From the NCBI GenBank assembly GCA_964645535.1, contig CAZYCQ010000006.1, forward strand, positions 1 to 64,000: DNA of 64,000 nucleotides, given 5' to 3'. The notes under the pieces were generated by a model. That model did not search any database and was not told the origin of the DNA. It saw only the letters and a program-made list of their open reading frames with translations. This DNA comes from an uncultured archaeon. GTDB taxonomy: Archaea; Asgardarchaeota; Heimdallarchaeia; Heimdallarchaeales; Kariarchaeaceae. The position numbers and the translations under genes are program-made. Positions 1-10,395 of this stretch are shown piece after piece; the first letter of the stretch is position 1, and each line of letters starts with the position of its first letter.

Positions 1-225
1 TGGGCGAGGATCATGGAAGGCCAGGTTTTTGCTTTGGCAGAAATTGGCATACCTCAATTTCAATTCGTTAAAGGTGGTGGTCCGTTTGAATGGAGAGGGT
101 AGCTCTTTCAGCCCGCCGCTAAGCAACAGATTCCTGTAGTCATTCAATAGATTGAGTGGAATGACGACTGGAACCTGAAAATCGAAGCGCTGCATAAGCA
201 AACCTAGCCTTCCGTGATTGAAAAG

Positions 226-282
226 CGGGGGTTTTGGAGCGAGTGCTCCGGTCTCCCGTCCGGGATAGGAGACCAAACCCCG
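226..282. other. GC-rich structured element (three-way junction of hairpins), REP/IS-end-like
   Basis: CGGGGGTTTT...AAACCCCG closing stem encloses GGAGC-GAGT-GCTCC and GGTCTCC...GGAGACC hairpins. Confidence 0.45.
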
Positions 283-460
283 AGTGTGTAGATTTTGCTA
301 ATCATATTTAATTTTTGCTAATAATGAGATAATATCGACTGAAAAATAAAGAAAAGCTCTCAAGCAAATGCAGAGATAAATTTTTCACTATGTAAACTAT
401 AGGATAGACAAGTTTTTTCTGGCCAAATTGTTAAATTTCAGTTTCAATTTTTTAACATTT

Positions 461-1237
461 TCAGGATATGGAGGTTAAAATGGGGAAGAACTTCTTGGCA
501 TGGAGAGATGCACTGCCAATCAGTCCACCATTGATTTGCTCAACGGCCAAGAGATCCTCAGCATTTTCAGCATTCATTGAGCCACCATACAGCAGAGGAA
601 CCTTAGCACCTTCCTCACCGTACTTACTCACCAACCATTCACGAATGGATTGATGAGCAGCTTCTGCCTCTTGCACAGATGCAGGAACTATTCGTCCCAC
701 CGGATTAAGCAATCGATTATTGATTGCCCAAACAGGTTCATATGCAATTATCAACCCTTCAATGCTATTTATTCCCTTCAATGCCTCAAGGAGTTGGTCA
801 TAAATCACACCAATGGATTTTCCCATATTTCTTTCTTCTGCCGTTTCACCGATACAGAGAACAGGAGAGACACCATGATCCAATAACAGTTTTACCTTTC
901 TGTTGATGACTTGATTTGATTCTCGTAATATGATTCTTCTTTCACTATGACCCACTATGACGAATTCAACACCCAATTCTTTCAGAGTCTCGATAGAAAC
1001 TTCACCCGTCAAAGCTCCTTGTTCTATATGACCGACATTCTGTGCACCAAGTTTGAGGGGGGATGACTCAAGAATTTCAGATGCCATTTTAAGAAACGGA
1101 AAAGGGGGTGCAACAAAAGCAGTTATGCCTTTTAACTCAGAAGGAAAAGCGTTTTTCATTTCCTTGAGGCGTTCTTCGGCAAGCTCAAAGGAATTGATTT
1201 GCATCTTCCAATTTCCGCCAAAAATGTATTCACTCAT
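461..1237 (-). CDS. tpiA: Triosephosphate isomerase, bacterial/eukaryotic type
   Basis: Motifs GNWKM, GHSERR, AYEPVWAI, LYGGS, GGLIGSASL; ATG at 1237 (TTG at 1246 possible). Confidence 0.95.
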   Translation of the reverse strand: MSEYIFGGNWKMQINSFELAEERLKEMKNAFPSELKGITAFVAPPFPFLKMASEILESSPLKLGAQNVGHIEQGALTGEVSIETLKELGVEFVIVGHSERRIILRESNQVINRKVKLLLDHGVSPVLCIGETAEERNMGKSIGVIYDQLLEALKGINSIEGLIIAYEPVWAINNRLLNPVGRIVPASVQEAEAAHQSIREWLVSKYGEEGAKVPLLYGGSMNAENAEDLLAVEQINGGLIGSASLHAKKFFPILTSIS

Positions 1238-1474
1238 GTTCTTCAAGGTTTAATTGAAGGAAGAGAATATATGATTTTTCGAAATACCTGTTGAAAGGTA
1301 AAATTGCAAAATCTAGCATTTCAGACAGGGAAATCGAACAATTTTTTTTTCAAGCCAAAAGAGTCTGGTCGGGAACCATTCAACATCCTATTTGTTTTGC
1401 AGTTCAGAACATCGATCTTCGAAATTAGAAACAATACATTTCTTCATCTTCCCTGATAGAAGGCAGTGAATGTT

Positions 1475-2140
1475 TTAACCTCTAGATGGTTCTGATGAGG
1501 CATTGACACCAATTTTTCTTTCTCTAAACCATCGGAAAAGCTTGGTTGTCATTTCGTAATGCATGTCCACATCGCCAAGAAAGTTGGAAATGCTGAGGGC
1601 AAGAGCCGCAAAATTAGTTCTGTCCTTTTCTTCCCGTGACCAAGATTGGGTGACAGATTCATCTTCTTCAATGGTTGAGATCGGGATAAACTGTTCCGTA
1701 AAGGAGGTAACATATTCTCCTGACATTTCGAAAAGGTTGTTGTCAAGTCTCTCAACAACTGGTGTAAAATCATCCCAAGGGAACAAGAGAAATTCCTCGG
1801 CTTTGTGATATGTTTCAGTTATGAAGTTGATTTCAGTAACCAGCTGTATTTCAACTTCATAGACCAGATAGAGAACCCCTTTTTTCTCATAATCTATTTC
1901 CTGCTTGACATTGATTTCCAGTTTGATTGGAAGAAGGGAATTGATGAGATAGACGCTGATTTTGGCAAACTTGTCATCAACTTCGAGATCATCAATTTGA
2001 AATCCGGTAACCCACTCCTTCTCTTTCAAGTTTCTTAGGAAGTAGTTCATGATGGAAAGAGCATAATCCTTTGGGGGAGAAAGTTCGAACCCAAGATCTC
2101 CGAAGATTTCATCTACCAGTCGATCACTATCTATTTTCAA
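1475..2140 (-). CDS. Hypothetical acidic protein
   Basis: 221-aa ORF filling the gap with normal composition; no motif recognised. Confidence 0.6.
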   Translation of the reverse strand: MKIDSDRLVDEIFGDLGFELSPPKDYALSIMNYFLRNLKEKEWVTGFQIDDLEVDDKFAKISVYLINSLLPIKLEINVKQEIDYEKKGVLYLVYEVEIQLVTEINFITETYHKAEEFLLFPWDDFTPVVERLDNNLFEMSGEYVTSFTEQFIPISTIEEDESVTQSWSREEKDRTNFAALALSISNFLGDVDMHYEMTTKLFRWFRERKIGVNASSEPSRG

Positions 2141-2267
2141 CTGTTAATTACTTTACCTTCAACGTTTAAATAACGATCGATTAAGCTAATGAAAAAAAGA
2201 AGATTGAAAAAGAATTTCAGAAAATATAGGGAAGTCAGAGCATTATTAAGTGGAAGAATAAGGAAGG

Positions 2268-3299
2268 ATGATTATGGAAAAATTTCCCCTGATCCAATTG
2301 GAAGGAAGTTCAAAGGAAATTGGGTTCCAGCATGGTCAGTTGCTTGAGGACAGGATTGAGAAGACAATAAAATTTTACAGAAGGATTTTCAAAAAAGACA
2401 AGTCGATAATTTTTGAGGAAGTTGAGCCGTTTATTGAAGAAATCAATAAATTCGATCGGAAACTTGGACTTGAAATTGAGTCGATTGCCGATGGAAGCAA
2501 TCAGGACATGGAATGGATTTATGCGTTAAATTCAAGAACAGAGTTGCTGGCGAAATTCTCGAATGAATGTACTGCGGCATATTTTCCCAAAGGTTCAATT
2601 CTCGGTCAGAATTGGGATTGGGCAAAGGAATTGGAGGAGCTTGCAGTGATCACGAGAATCAAAGAAACGGAGCTGGGCAACCGAATCCTGATGATGACCG
2701 AACCAGGAATTATCGGAAAAATCGGTTTCAATTCAAACGGGATCGGAGTCACCCTTAACCTGTTGAAAAGCAATAGGGATCAATTTGGTGTTCCCATACA
2801 TGTCATTCTCAGAGTCATTCTGCAATCTACGTCAATTGGAGAGGCATTGGAGAAGATTGAACCTGTGAAACTCGGGAAATCCAGCAATGTTATCATCGGG
2901 ACAGATCGAGGAAAGTATTTGGATATTGAATTTTGTGGAAAGCGCATCTTTGTTTTCGATGACAATTCCATGAATTGGGTTCATACAAACCATTATCTTG
3001 GAGACCGAATCAACACAGATCCGGTAGAATTTGCAAGTTCTTTTGCAAGATATGAAAGGGCGTTCCTACTTTCCAAGCAAATTGAAGGCACCTCTGTGGA
3101 GGAAATGAAGACAATACTTCTTGACAAGGAGAATGCAGATTTGCCTATTTGCAGAAAATATGTCCCTGATGAATATATTGACAATGTTGGGACAGTGACG
3201 TCCATTATTATGGATCTTCCGAAACGAGAAATGCATATTACCCGGGGGTCACCTTTTGAACATCCGTTTGAAAGATACAGTCTTGATCATGAAGAATAA
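2268..3299 (+). CDS. Peptidase C45 family (acyl-CoA:6-APA acyltransferase-like Ntn hydrolase)
   Basis: G-x-QHG N-terminus, LNSRTE..NEC|T autocleavage site, GQNWDW, GKIGFNSNG, HTNHY. Confidence 0.9.
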   Translation: MIMEKFPLIQLEGSSKEIGFQHGQLLEDRIEKTIKFYRRIFKKDKSIIFEEVEPFIEEINKFDRKLGLEIESIADGSNQDMEWIYALNSRTELLAKFSNECTAAYFPKGSILGQNWDWAKELEELAVITRIKETELGNRILMMTEPGIIGKIGFNSNGIGVTLNLLKSNRDQFGVPIHVILRVILQSTSIGEALEKIEPVKLGKSSNVIIGTDRGKYLDIEFCGKRIFVFDDNSMNWVHTNHYLGDRINTDPVEFASSFARYERAFLLSKQIEGTSVEEMKTILLDKENADLPICRKYVPDEYIDNVGTVTSIIMDLPKREMHITRGSPFEHPFERYSLDHEE

Positions 3300-3375
3300 C
3301 AATGATGGATAGCCAATCTTTGGAATAGGGAAGCCAAATCATTTATAACAGGAGAAAGTAAACCTTGTTTAAGCC

Positions 3376-5067
3376 ATGCCTTCATATTTCGATGAGCTTT
3401 TCGATGAACTTGACCAAATCATGGACATTGTTCAGTCCAAAAGGAGGATGTCGGAGACCCATAAGGGAATTCTCATGAAAAGCCGGTTGTTTGCCTTGAA
3501 GACCAAACTGAATGCCACCATTCTTGCCGAAGATCTTGATCCTGAAACACGTATCATGGGATATCTCAAGACAATAGAGAAACTGAAGAGGATACTTTCC
3601 TGTCAAGACCATCGAAGTAAGGCATTGTTTTGGTATGAACTTCACATGTTTCATCAACTTCTGGTGGCGCATATTGTCATGATCAATGGGGAAGGAGGAA
3701 AATTGGGAATTATCGGATTGGCTCATGCCCTTGCTGACCTTTTAGTGGGATTGGAAGTCAAAAACCCGATGTCACTTCTAACAGATCCGTCTGATCCAGA
3801 CTGGAGCAAACGAGTGAATATCGCCTACAATATTGCCAATGGACAGGTAAGTCTGTATTCAACCCTGATGCAAAACTTGGCATTTATCCCAAGGGATGAA
3901 GCAATTTCCTTTACTTCAAAAATACTGGAAGGGTTTACCTACATTCAAGAACTCCTTGAAAAGACTTGGAATCTCGAGAAAATATTGAAATCAAGAGTGA
4001 CCATCGCTACCGAGGAGGAAAAAATAGATTCCGCCCTTGTATTGGCAAATGCAACCTATAATATGGCAATTGCCCACTACAATTTCTGGCCGAGATTTGG
4101 GAATAGGTTGGAAGGTTTTGATCCAATTGTTCTCCACAAACAGGCTTCCACAGTGGATCTTTTTTTTGAAAAGGTGCAATCGCTGATCAGGCAGACTGAT
4201 GAAAGATTGGCAGAATTACGGGATTTCATGAGCAAGGATAGAGAATTGAAGAATGTGTCATTGGATCAATTTTCTGCTTATCAATTTGGACAGATGCAAA
4301 AAAAACAGGTTTCTAAGATCATAGAAATGGATTCAGCAGTTCATGAGGTGATCAGCGGAAAACGTCCCTCCAATTTTGAAGCTTTGATTTTATCACTCCA
4401 CCAAATGCTGGAAAACCTTTCTCCCTATCTTGCAAATGAAAAGATGATGTACGGAAGTGCAGTAGGAGAGATTTTTGCCTCATTCACCACGTATTACCTG
4501 TATCTTTCAGGATTTTTTTCAATCGTCCTTCAACAACAGAAATTGTTCAGGAAAACCCAAGACATTCTATCGGTCTTTCTGAAAGACAAAGGAGAGAGCC
4601 ATTTTCCGCTGGTTCATGTCTATAATGAACTTGCAGAATTGGCGGTTACCTTGGAATTCCAACCAGAAAAGATTCCTGCACCGGAATATGGGGTCAAGAT
4701 GAAAAAAATCAATAGACTTACGGATCAACTCAACTATTATCCACGTGAACGGATCACTATTGGCGTAGTCAAATCCATATTGTCCTACTATCGGGATGAA
4801 AATTTCGAAGAATCACTGAAAGATCTTGAAGCCATTGCTGAGGCCTATGGGATTGGCAGTACCATCAAAATGAATTTGGATCGATATTGCGATTATCTCA
4901 GGAATACATTTGAAGGAAATATGGAAGAACTTGATCTGAGTGTGGAAAAATCAGCATTAGACCATTTCTCAGTCCTACAACCCGACTTTGCAAAGTTGGC
5001 GGAGATTACTGGGAAGGCAGTTGTTGAGTACTTGCCTTTCAACAGTCTTCAGTTATCGGTTTTCTGA
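3376..5067 (+). CDS. Hypothetical large alpha-helical protein
   Basis: 563-aa ORF rich in Leu/Glu/Lys with amphipathic helical pattern; no motif recognised. Confidence 0.7.
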   Translation: MPSYFDELFDELDQIMDIVQSKRRMSETHKGILMKSRLFALKTKLNATILAEDLDPETRIMGYLKTIEKLKRILSCQDHRSKALFWYELHMFHQLLVAHIVMINGEGGKLGIIGLAHALADLLVGLEVKNPMSLLTDPSDPDWSKRVNIAYNIANGQVSLYSTLMQNLAFIPRDEAISFTSKILEGFTYIQELLEKTWNLEKILKSRVTIATEEEKIDSALVLANATYNMAIAHYNFWPRFGNRLEGFDPIVLHKQASTVDLFFEKVQSLIRQTDERLAELRDFMSKDRELKNVSLDQFSAYQFGQMQKKQVSKIIEMDSAVHEVISGKRPSNFEALILSLHQMLENLSPYLANEKMMYGSAVGEIFASFTTYYLYLSGFFSIVLQQQKLFRKTQDILSVFLKDKGESHFPLVHVYNELAELAVTLEFQPEKIPAPEYGVKMKKINRLTDQLNYYPRERITIGVVKSILSYYRDENFEESLKDLEAIAEAYGIGSTIKMNLDRYCDYLRNTFEGNMEELDLSVEKSALDHFSVLQPDFAKLAEITGKAVVEYLPFNSLQLSVF

Positions 5068-5165
5068 TCTGACGCAAAATTGCGTATAGGGGCACCTATA
5101 CGTAAATATCCCAGATGGAAACAGAAGACAGGTAGATTCATTAAGAAGGAACACCAGAGGCAATT

Positions 5166-5972
5166 ATGGACTATATGGAAGCCAACCGCCTCAATTGGAA
5201 CGACAGGGTTCCAATTCACCTCAGAAAGAATGATATTTATGATCTGGATGCATTTCGAGCCGGAAAGTTATCTTTTTGTGCCAATGAACATTTGGAGCTC
5301 ACAGAAGTCAAGGGGAAAAGATTGTTGCATCTTCAATGTCATTTCGGACTGGACACCATGTCATGGACTCGGCTAGGAGCAAAAGCAGTTGGCATTGATT
5401 TTTCAGAGGAAGCAATTCAAATCGCTGAAAACCTTAAAAAAGAACTGGGATTGGATACTGAGTTCATCTGCTGCAATGTTTATGATGTTCCTGAACGAAT
5501 TGATGAGAAATTTGACATAGTCTTCACTTCTGTTGGAGCTTTGACATGGTTGCCAGATCTTGAAAAATGGGCAAGAGTCATATTCCAAATGCTGAAACCG
5601 GGAGGTAGGCTTTATGTGAAAGATTCTCACCCTGCGAGTGAGGTATTTGAGTACATCAATGGAGAGTTGAAAGTCCATTACCCTTATTTCAGAGGCAGGG
5701 AACCCTTTCGGTTTGAGGAGGACAGCACGTATACTTCAAGTTCAAAAAAAGGAGAGATAAGGCATGCAACTACTTATCAATGGCTTCATTCTTTCTCTTA
5801 TATCCTTAATTCAGTAATTCAAGCAGGTTTGCAAATCGACAAGATTCTGGAATCTCCACATGGTTTTTTCAAACGTTTTCCACCAATGCAAAGAAATGAA
5901 GATGGAGTATGGGAATATCCAGGAAACCCGATTCCTTTGACTTTTACATTATTTGCGTCAAAACCGGAATAG
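5166..5972 (+). CDS. Class I SAM-dependent methyltransferase
   Basis: LLHLQCHFGLDT motif I variant, GIDFS, FDIVFTS, LKPGG. Confidence 0.9.
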   Translation: MDYMEANRLNWNDRVPIHLRKNDIYDLDAFRAGKLSFCANEHLELTEVKGKRLLHLQCHFGLDTMSWTRLGAKAVGIDFSEEAIQIAENLKKELGLDTEFICCNVYDVPERIDEKFDIVFTSVGALTWLPDLEKWARVIFQMLKPGGRLYVKDSHPASEVFEYINGELKVHYPYFRGREPFRFEEDSTYTSSSKKGEIRHATTYQWLHSFSYILNSVIQAGLQIDKILESPHGFFKRFPPMQRNEDGVWEYPGNPIPLTFTLFASKPE

Positions 5973-6312
5973 TTGTTCAGTTGGAAGAATTTATCAATAA
6001 GTGATATCGAGGAGAATTGGGTACAGATGAAGAAGGCCAGTGTTGCGATACCAAGATGAGCGAAAATGTCTTACTGATGTACCCCCTCTAATAATTAGAG
6101 ACACAGTAAAGGGAACTTATTCGCAAGAATGCCAATAATCCGATCTCCAGACGGCTGAATGAAAGAGATTGGAAGGTGGAACATCCAGTAAGGACTTAGT
6201 TGTATGGTCATTGGAATCAGAGAAATAATAAAATAGCTGTAAAACCAAGTCACAATTTTTCAGCAACGGATTTGGCTCATTCATGTTAAGAAAAAAGCTT
6301 TTCGAACAACAT

Positions 6313-7770
6313 TTAGTCTAAGCAAACTGTTGAAGGATTTCCAACATTCCCATAAAAAGTTCCTTTTGCCAAGTTATCATTGAACAATCCCAAAAATGGA
6401 TCATCATTCCCTAAAGGAAAAGATTGAAACGAACCAGAAAGATCGAACGGGGCTGAAGTAAGAATTGTTGCAATAAGAAAATCGCCATCCAAAAAGGAAC
6501 CCAAGAGAAATGAACGTGTGGGTTCAGTAAGAATTCGGATGGAACCTTGTTTTTTCCCAGATGAATCAAGAGCAATCAAGTAATATTCTGTGGAATTGCC
6601 ATTCAATGAAATCTTAGATATTCCTTCCCCAATCGATGAATCTTCCAAAAGTGTTTGAAATTCTAACGATACCAGAATTCCATCCCATGTCCGTTGCAAT
6701 TTTGCTATAGAGGGGAAAATAGGGATTTGAAACAAATGAACAACCTTAACAGAATTGGACGTTAAATTGATTGTCAATAAATCTGAATAACTTTCACTGA
6801 ATTGAAAGACTAAGAAGTCATCACCATCGTCAGTCAATATAAAGGTTTCTGAATTTGGGGTTCCAATAATATGAGCATTTTGCACTTCAGAAATGGATCC
6901 CAAGTCAGGATTAATTGATAGAAAATACCATGGATTGGTCAAATTAATGGAACCAAATGCCCAATCATTCTCCTTCACTAATATTCCGAGCGAATGGCCA
7001 TTGAAATGGAGATCCTGTATTTTGCTGTCCGAAGGTAGATAGGAAATCCATTGTACTATCCCATCTTCACCTATCTTTACAACAGCCTTTTCGTTTCCAA
7101 TGGGTTCCGTATTATTCCAATGTTGAACTATTGGTATTCCATTTGGAGGGAAGAAGGTGGAAACATAAATGAAATTTGAGCCATCATCAGTAGGATAGTG
7201 GAGATAATCAATTGAATTGGTTTTCAGAACCGTGAAAAAACTACGTTCTCCGTTTCCACTCAATTTCAAGATAAAGAAAGTATTCCTTCCCTCACCATAC
7301 GAATAATCAGGATCCGGGAGGAAAGGTTCTCTGCTGTTTTTGCCTGAAATGATTAAACCTCCATCTTCTGTAACACGGAATGTAAGATCATGAAGTGTTG
7401 TTCCTCTTTCTGAGGTAGTTCCCAAAAGTCGCGCCCAAAGCAAGTTCATGTCCGGCGAGAACTTTGCAATGGCAACAATATCTTGGTTGGCTGTTTCAGG
7501 GATTGGAGGGAGTGTTGTTGGATATGGATAGGAGGAATTTATTTCTGTAAAACTGGAAAAGCTAGAGATTGCAAGATAGAGATTTCCTGATGGATCGAAG
7601 TCTGCAAACGTTATTATTTCGTTATCGGAATAGCTAGTATAGCATCTTCCTGCACCAGGGAATTGAAATTGTAGGATGAGAATGAAGACAAAGGAGGTGA
7701 GTAAAACTCCTGAAAGAATAAAACTTATGATAAACCAAACTGAAAGATAATTCCAATTGTATCTTGTCAT
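6313..7770 (-). CDS. Membrane-anchored extracellular beta-propeller (SBBP-like repeat) protein
   Basis: N-terminal TM; repeats such as DPSGNLYL, AKFSPDMNLLWARLLG, ILKLSGNG, VKIGEDGIVQW. Confidence 0.7.
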   Translation of the reverse strand: MTRYNWNYLSVWFIISFILSGVLLTSFVFILILQFQFPGAGRCYTSYSDNEIITFADFDPSGNLYLAISSFSSFTEINSSYPYPTTLPPIPETANQDIVAIAKFSPDMNLLWARLLGTTSERGTTLHDLTFRVTEDGGLIISGKNSREPFLPDPDYSYGEGRNTFFILKLSGNGERSFFTVLKTNSIDYLHYPTDDGSNFIYVSTFFPPNGIPIVQHWNNTEPIGNEKAVVKIGEDGIVQWISYLPSDSKIQDLHFNGHSLGILVKENDWAFGSINLTNPWYFLSINPDLGSISEVQNAHIIGTPNSETFILTDDGDDFLVFQFSESYSDLLTINLTSNSVKVVHLFQIPIFPSIAKLQRTWDGILVSLEFQTLLEDSSIGEGISKISLNGNSTEYYLIALDSSGKKQGSIRILTEPTRSFLLGSFLDGDFLIATILTSAPFDLSGSFQSFPLGNDDPFLGLFNDNLAKGTFYGNVGNPSTVCLD

Positions 7771-7954
7771 CAGAATGTATATTGTATGTAGGTTAAAATA
7801 GGTTTGGGGTTAGATTTGTATCCCATGTACAAATGTCACTTTTTTGGGGGATGGATTCATCAAAGAATATTCCATCCATGCCACAATCCACCAAAGCAAT
7901 ACTGTATGTTCATTATATGGTTCGTCGTAATACTTTCTGAATTTAGTTGCTTTG

Positions 7955-9388
7955 TCAGTAACAGAACTTCATGGGAAGACCGTTTCCACCAAAATAAGTT
8001 CCATAGATTGTTTGGTTATCCACATGAAGAAGCAATGGGTCAAAGAAACCGTTGATCTCTTTTTGAAAACCCGGGATAAATTGGATGAGTGGACTGTTTG
8101 TCCTTCCTGCAAGGACCACGGATTTACCATCTGTCCCGACTACAGGCCTAGGAACTGCGAAAAGGCTTGGAAAAATTATTCCCAAGGCCTGAGTCATGGA
8201 ATAATCAAAAAGAAGAATGACATTGGTGCCTTCATGCTCATCTATAGGGGTTATGCTGACATTTTCATTGAATTCAGCCATTCCATTGAGTGCAAACATT
8301 CTAATCATAATGCCAATCTCACTTTTTGTTGCAGAAAATCCAAAGCCTTGAGAATGGGGCTGTGTACGGAAATGAAACTCATCAATGGAAGAATTTGCAT
8401 TAAACTTCGCAATTTTTTGAGGAGTTATTTCAAAAATGCCATCTACAGTATCATTGCGTAATGCCAGAAGAAATTGCCTTATGGGGAGCCGGTTCTGTTC
8501 AAAGGTTCCGAAATTGTGCTGATCAATGGTGGTTGGAAGTTGGTAAGGATTATGGATTTCAAACAATGACACATTGAATTGTTCATTATTTCTGCCTTGG
8601 TATGATTCAGTAAGGATGGCGATGTCGGATTGCAAAAAGGATATATCTTCAATTTCAGTCCTTTCATTAAATTGTCCAATCCATCGAGGACTACCATCAT
8701 TTTTTACGGATACGATGACAGGACGCACGATCGCTTCATCAGCCAGGCCAATTGAAAAGGAAAGTTCAGAAGGAAGGGAGAAATCCGTATATCCAGAAAT
8801 CAGGATTTCACCGTCTTCTCTTGGAAACAGTGTTACATCAGAAAACGAATTGGCTTGAAACAGAGTTATCCAATCTATTTCTCCTTCTGAATTAAGTTTC
8901 AGTAGGGCATATTGCCGGTTTGATTTTGGAAGTCCATAGGTTATTACATCTATTCCTTGGAATGCAGTTGGATCCGACTGGGCAAATATATATACATTCT
9001 CCATTTTATCAATCTGGGTTGTAATCAATCCTCTTCTGGTTCCAAAGTCTATCAATCGGCTCCAAAGAAGGTTCATTTGTTCATCGAATTTCCCAACGAA
9101 GACAGGATCAATCATCTTAATTGAGGGATAAGGATCCAAAGTTTGGAAAATTGGCCAAGTTGAATTGACTGAACTGTTGAAATTATAGATTTGACCAAAA
9201 CCATAAACATTTCCCAATGAAGTCAGATGAACGGATTTGATTTCTTCTGTATCAATGATGGGAGTCCTACAAAAAACCTGATTGGTTGGAGATGGGAAAA
9301 GAGGAAATATATAGGAGTAGCCAATAAGAACGAACAGCAGTGAAATAAGCAACCACGTTCCGTATACATCGTTTTTCCCCAAACTCAT
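7955..9388 (-). CDS. Membrane-anchored beta-propeller (SBBP-like repeat) protein, paralog of 6313-7770
   Basis: N-terminal TM; GNVYGFG, GKFDEQMNLLWSRLI, LLKLNSEGEIDW, YGTYFGGNG. Confidence 0.7.
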   Translation of the reverse strand: MSLGKNDVYGTWLLISLLFVLIGYSYIFPLFPSPTNQVFCRTPIIDTEEIKSVHLTSLGNVYGFGQIYNFNSSVNSTWPIFQTLDPYPSIKMIDPVFVGKFDEQMNLLWSRLIDFGTRRGLITTQIDKMENVYIFAQSDPTAFQGIDVITYGLPKSNRQYALLKLNSEGEIDWITLFQANSFSDVTLFPREDGEILISGYTDFSLPSELSFSIGLADEAIVRPVIVSVKNDGSPRWIGQFNERTEIEDISFLQSDIAILTESYQGRNNEQFNVSLFEIHNPYQLPTTIDQHNFGTFEQNRLPIRQFLLALRNDTVDGIFEITPQKIAKFNANSSIDEFHFRTQPHSQGFGFSATKSEIGIMIRMFALNGMAEFNENVSITPIDEHEGTNVILLFDYSMTQALGIIFPSLFAVPRPVVGTDGKSVVLAGRTNSPLIQFIPGFQKEINGFFDPLLLHVDNQTIYGTYFGGNGLPMKFCY

Positions 9389-9570
9389 TTTCTATTCAAT
9401 GGCATCATGCGTATAAAATTCTTTAGTATACGGAAAGAACTGGTAAAATCTTATGGAATGATGAATCCATATACAGATTGCTTATAATAATGCAATCAAG
9501 AATAATGTCAGACATAAAGCTGGCAGACGGAGTTCAAGCTAAATGAGTTTTTCTCCCAACATGTTGCTTT

Positions 9571-10350
9571 TCAATCTCCAGAAGAGGGTCTTCTTTCGAA
9601 TATGATACGGTACCTACCAAAACCTAGGGTTCTTCCTCTTCCAACTCCTGAAAGAGAGCCGAGTCGGATGAGTTCACAAATTTCACGGAGGTTTTCGGTT
9701 TCTTGAACTTCAAGCTTTATCATTCCCCTCCAACCATGAATAAACTGACCCTCAACAAAAGGGATACGGTTGACAGTTCCCTTTGCATATTTTATTGAAA
9801 TCAGGGGAAGATTTTCACGAATGATATGTTCATCCAATGAAAATGCAGGGAACCAAATATTCCAAACATGGAGAAGTGATTCAAACAATATATCTGTCGA
9901 AGGGAAAGGAATTTCAATATTTTCTCTCATAAAACTGCTTGGAGTGACGAAGAAAAGTTGAATGGGATTTGAGAGCAAGGGTCTATTCTTCAAATCAATT
10001 GTCCGAAAGCTCAGATCTTCGATTTCAAAATTCAACCCGAACAGGTCAAAATTTTTGCCATTGGAAAAAAGGTGGTCAAATTGCTCCATGAGTATTGGAT
10101 CTGTCGTGAATATTCTGAAATTTGCAGTTTCGCCAGCATTCAGCCGATATGGATGATCTTCATCGGGATCATCGATTTGAACACGGGAGATTGAATACTT
10201 TTCATTTTCCAATCCTATCTCATTTGCAATTGGAGAAGAAACATCCTTTGCCAATAAATTTATTGATTCCATCAGGTCATAGCCATAATTGTACGGCATC
10301 TCTTGATCTTTAAGAGATTGCAGATGAACCTTCAATTCCGAAATGATCAC
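9571..10350 (-). CDS. cas6: CRISPR-associated endoribonuclease Cas6 (solo)
   Basis: C-terminal glycine-rich loop LSGVGRGRTLGFG; FVTPSSF and PFP..LFESL..WN of the second RAMP domain. Confidence 0.85.
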   Translation of the reverse strand: MIISELKVHLQSLKDQEMPYNYGYDLMESINLLAKDVSSPIANEIGLENEKYSISRVQIDDPDEDHPYRLNAGETANFRIFTTDPILMEQFDHLFSNGKNFDLFGLNFEIEDLSFRTIDLKNRPLLSNPIQLFFVTPSSFMRENIEIPFPSTDILFESLLHVWNIWFPAFSLDEHIIRENLPLISIKYAKGTVNRIPFVEGQFIHGWRGMIKLEVQETENLREICELIRLGSLSGVGRGRTLGFGRYRIIFERRPSSGD

Positions 10351-10395
10351 AGGTTCAATTATTGCACTAGATTATAAACACTGTGGAATGCTTAT

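Noticed and set aside
1-102. Possible 3' end of a + strand ORF (WARIMEGQVFALAEIG...EWRG*)
   Set aside because: Only 33 codons are visible and no motif is recognisable; it cannot be supported without upstream sequence.
5973-6312. Possible small gene in the 340-bp gap
   Set aside because: The minus-strand frames I translated are short or lack a start, and the ORF track shows nothing here.
7952-8461. 169-aa Cys-rich + strand ORF
   Set aside because: Antisense shadow of the beta-propeller gene 7955-9388.
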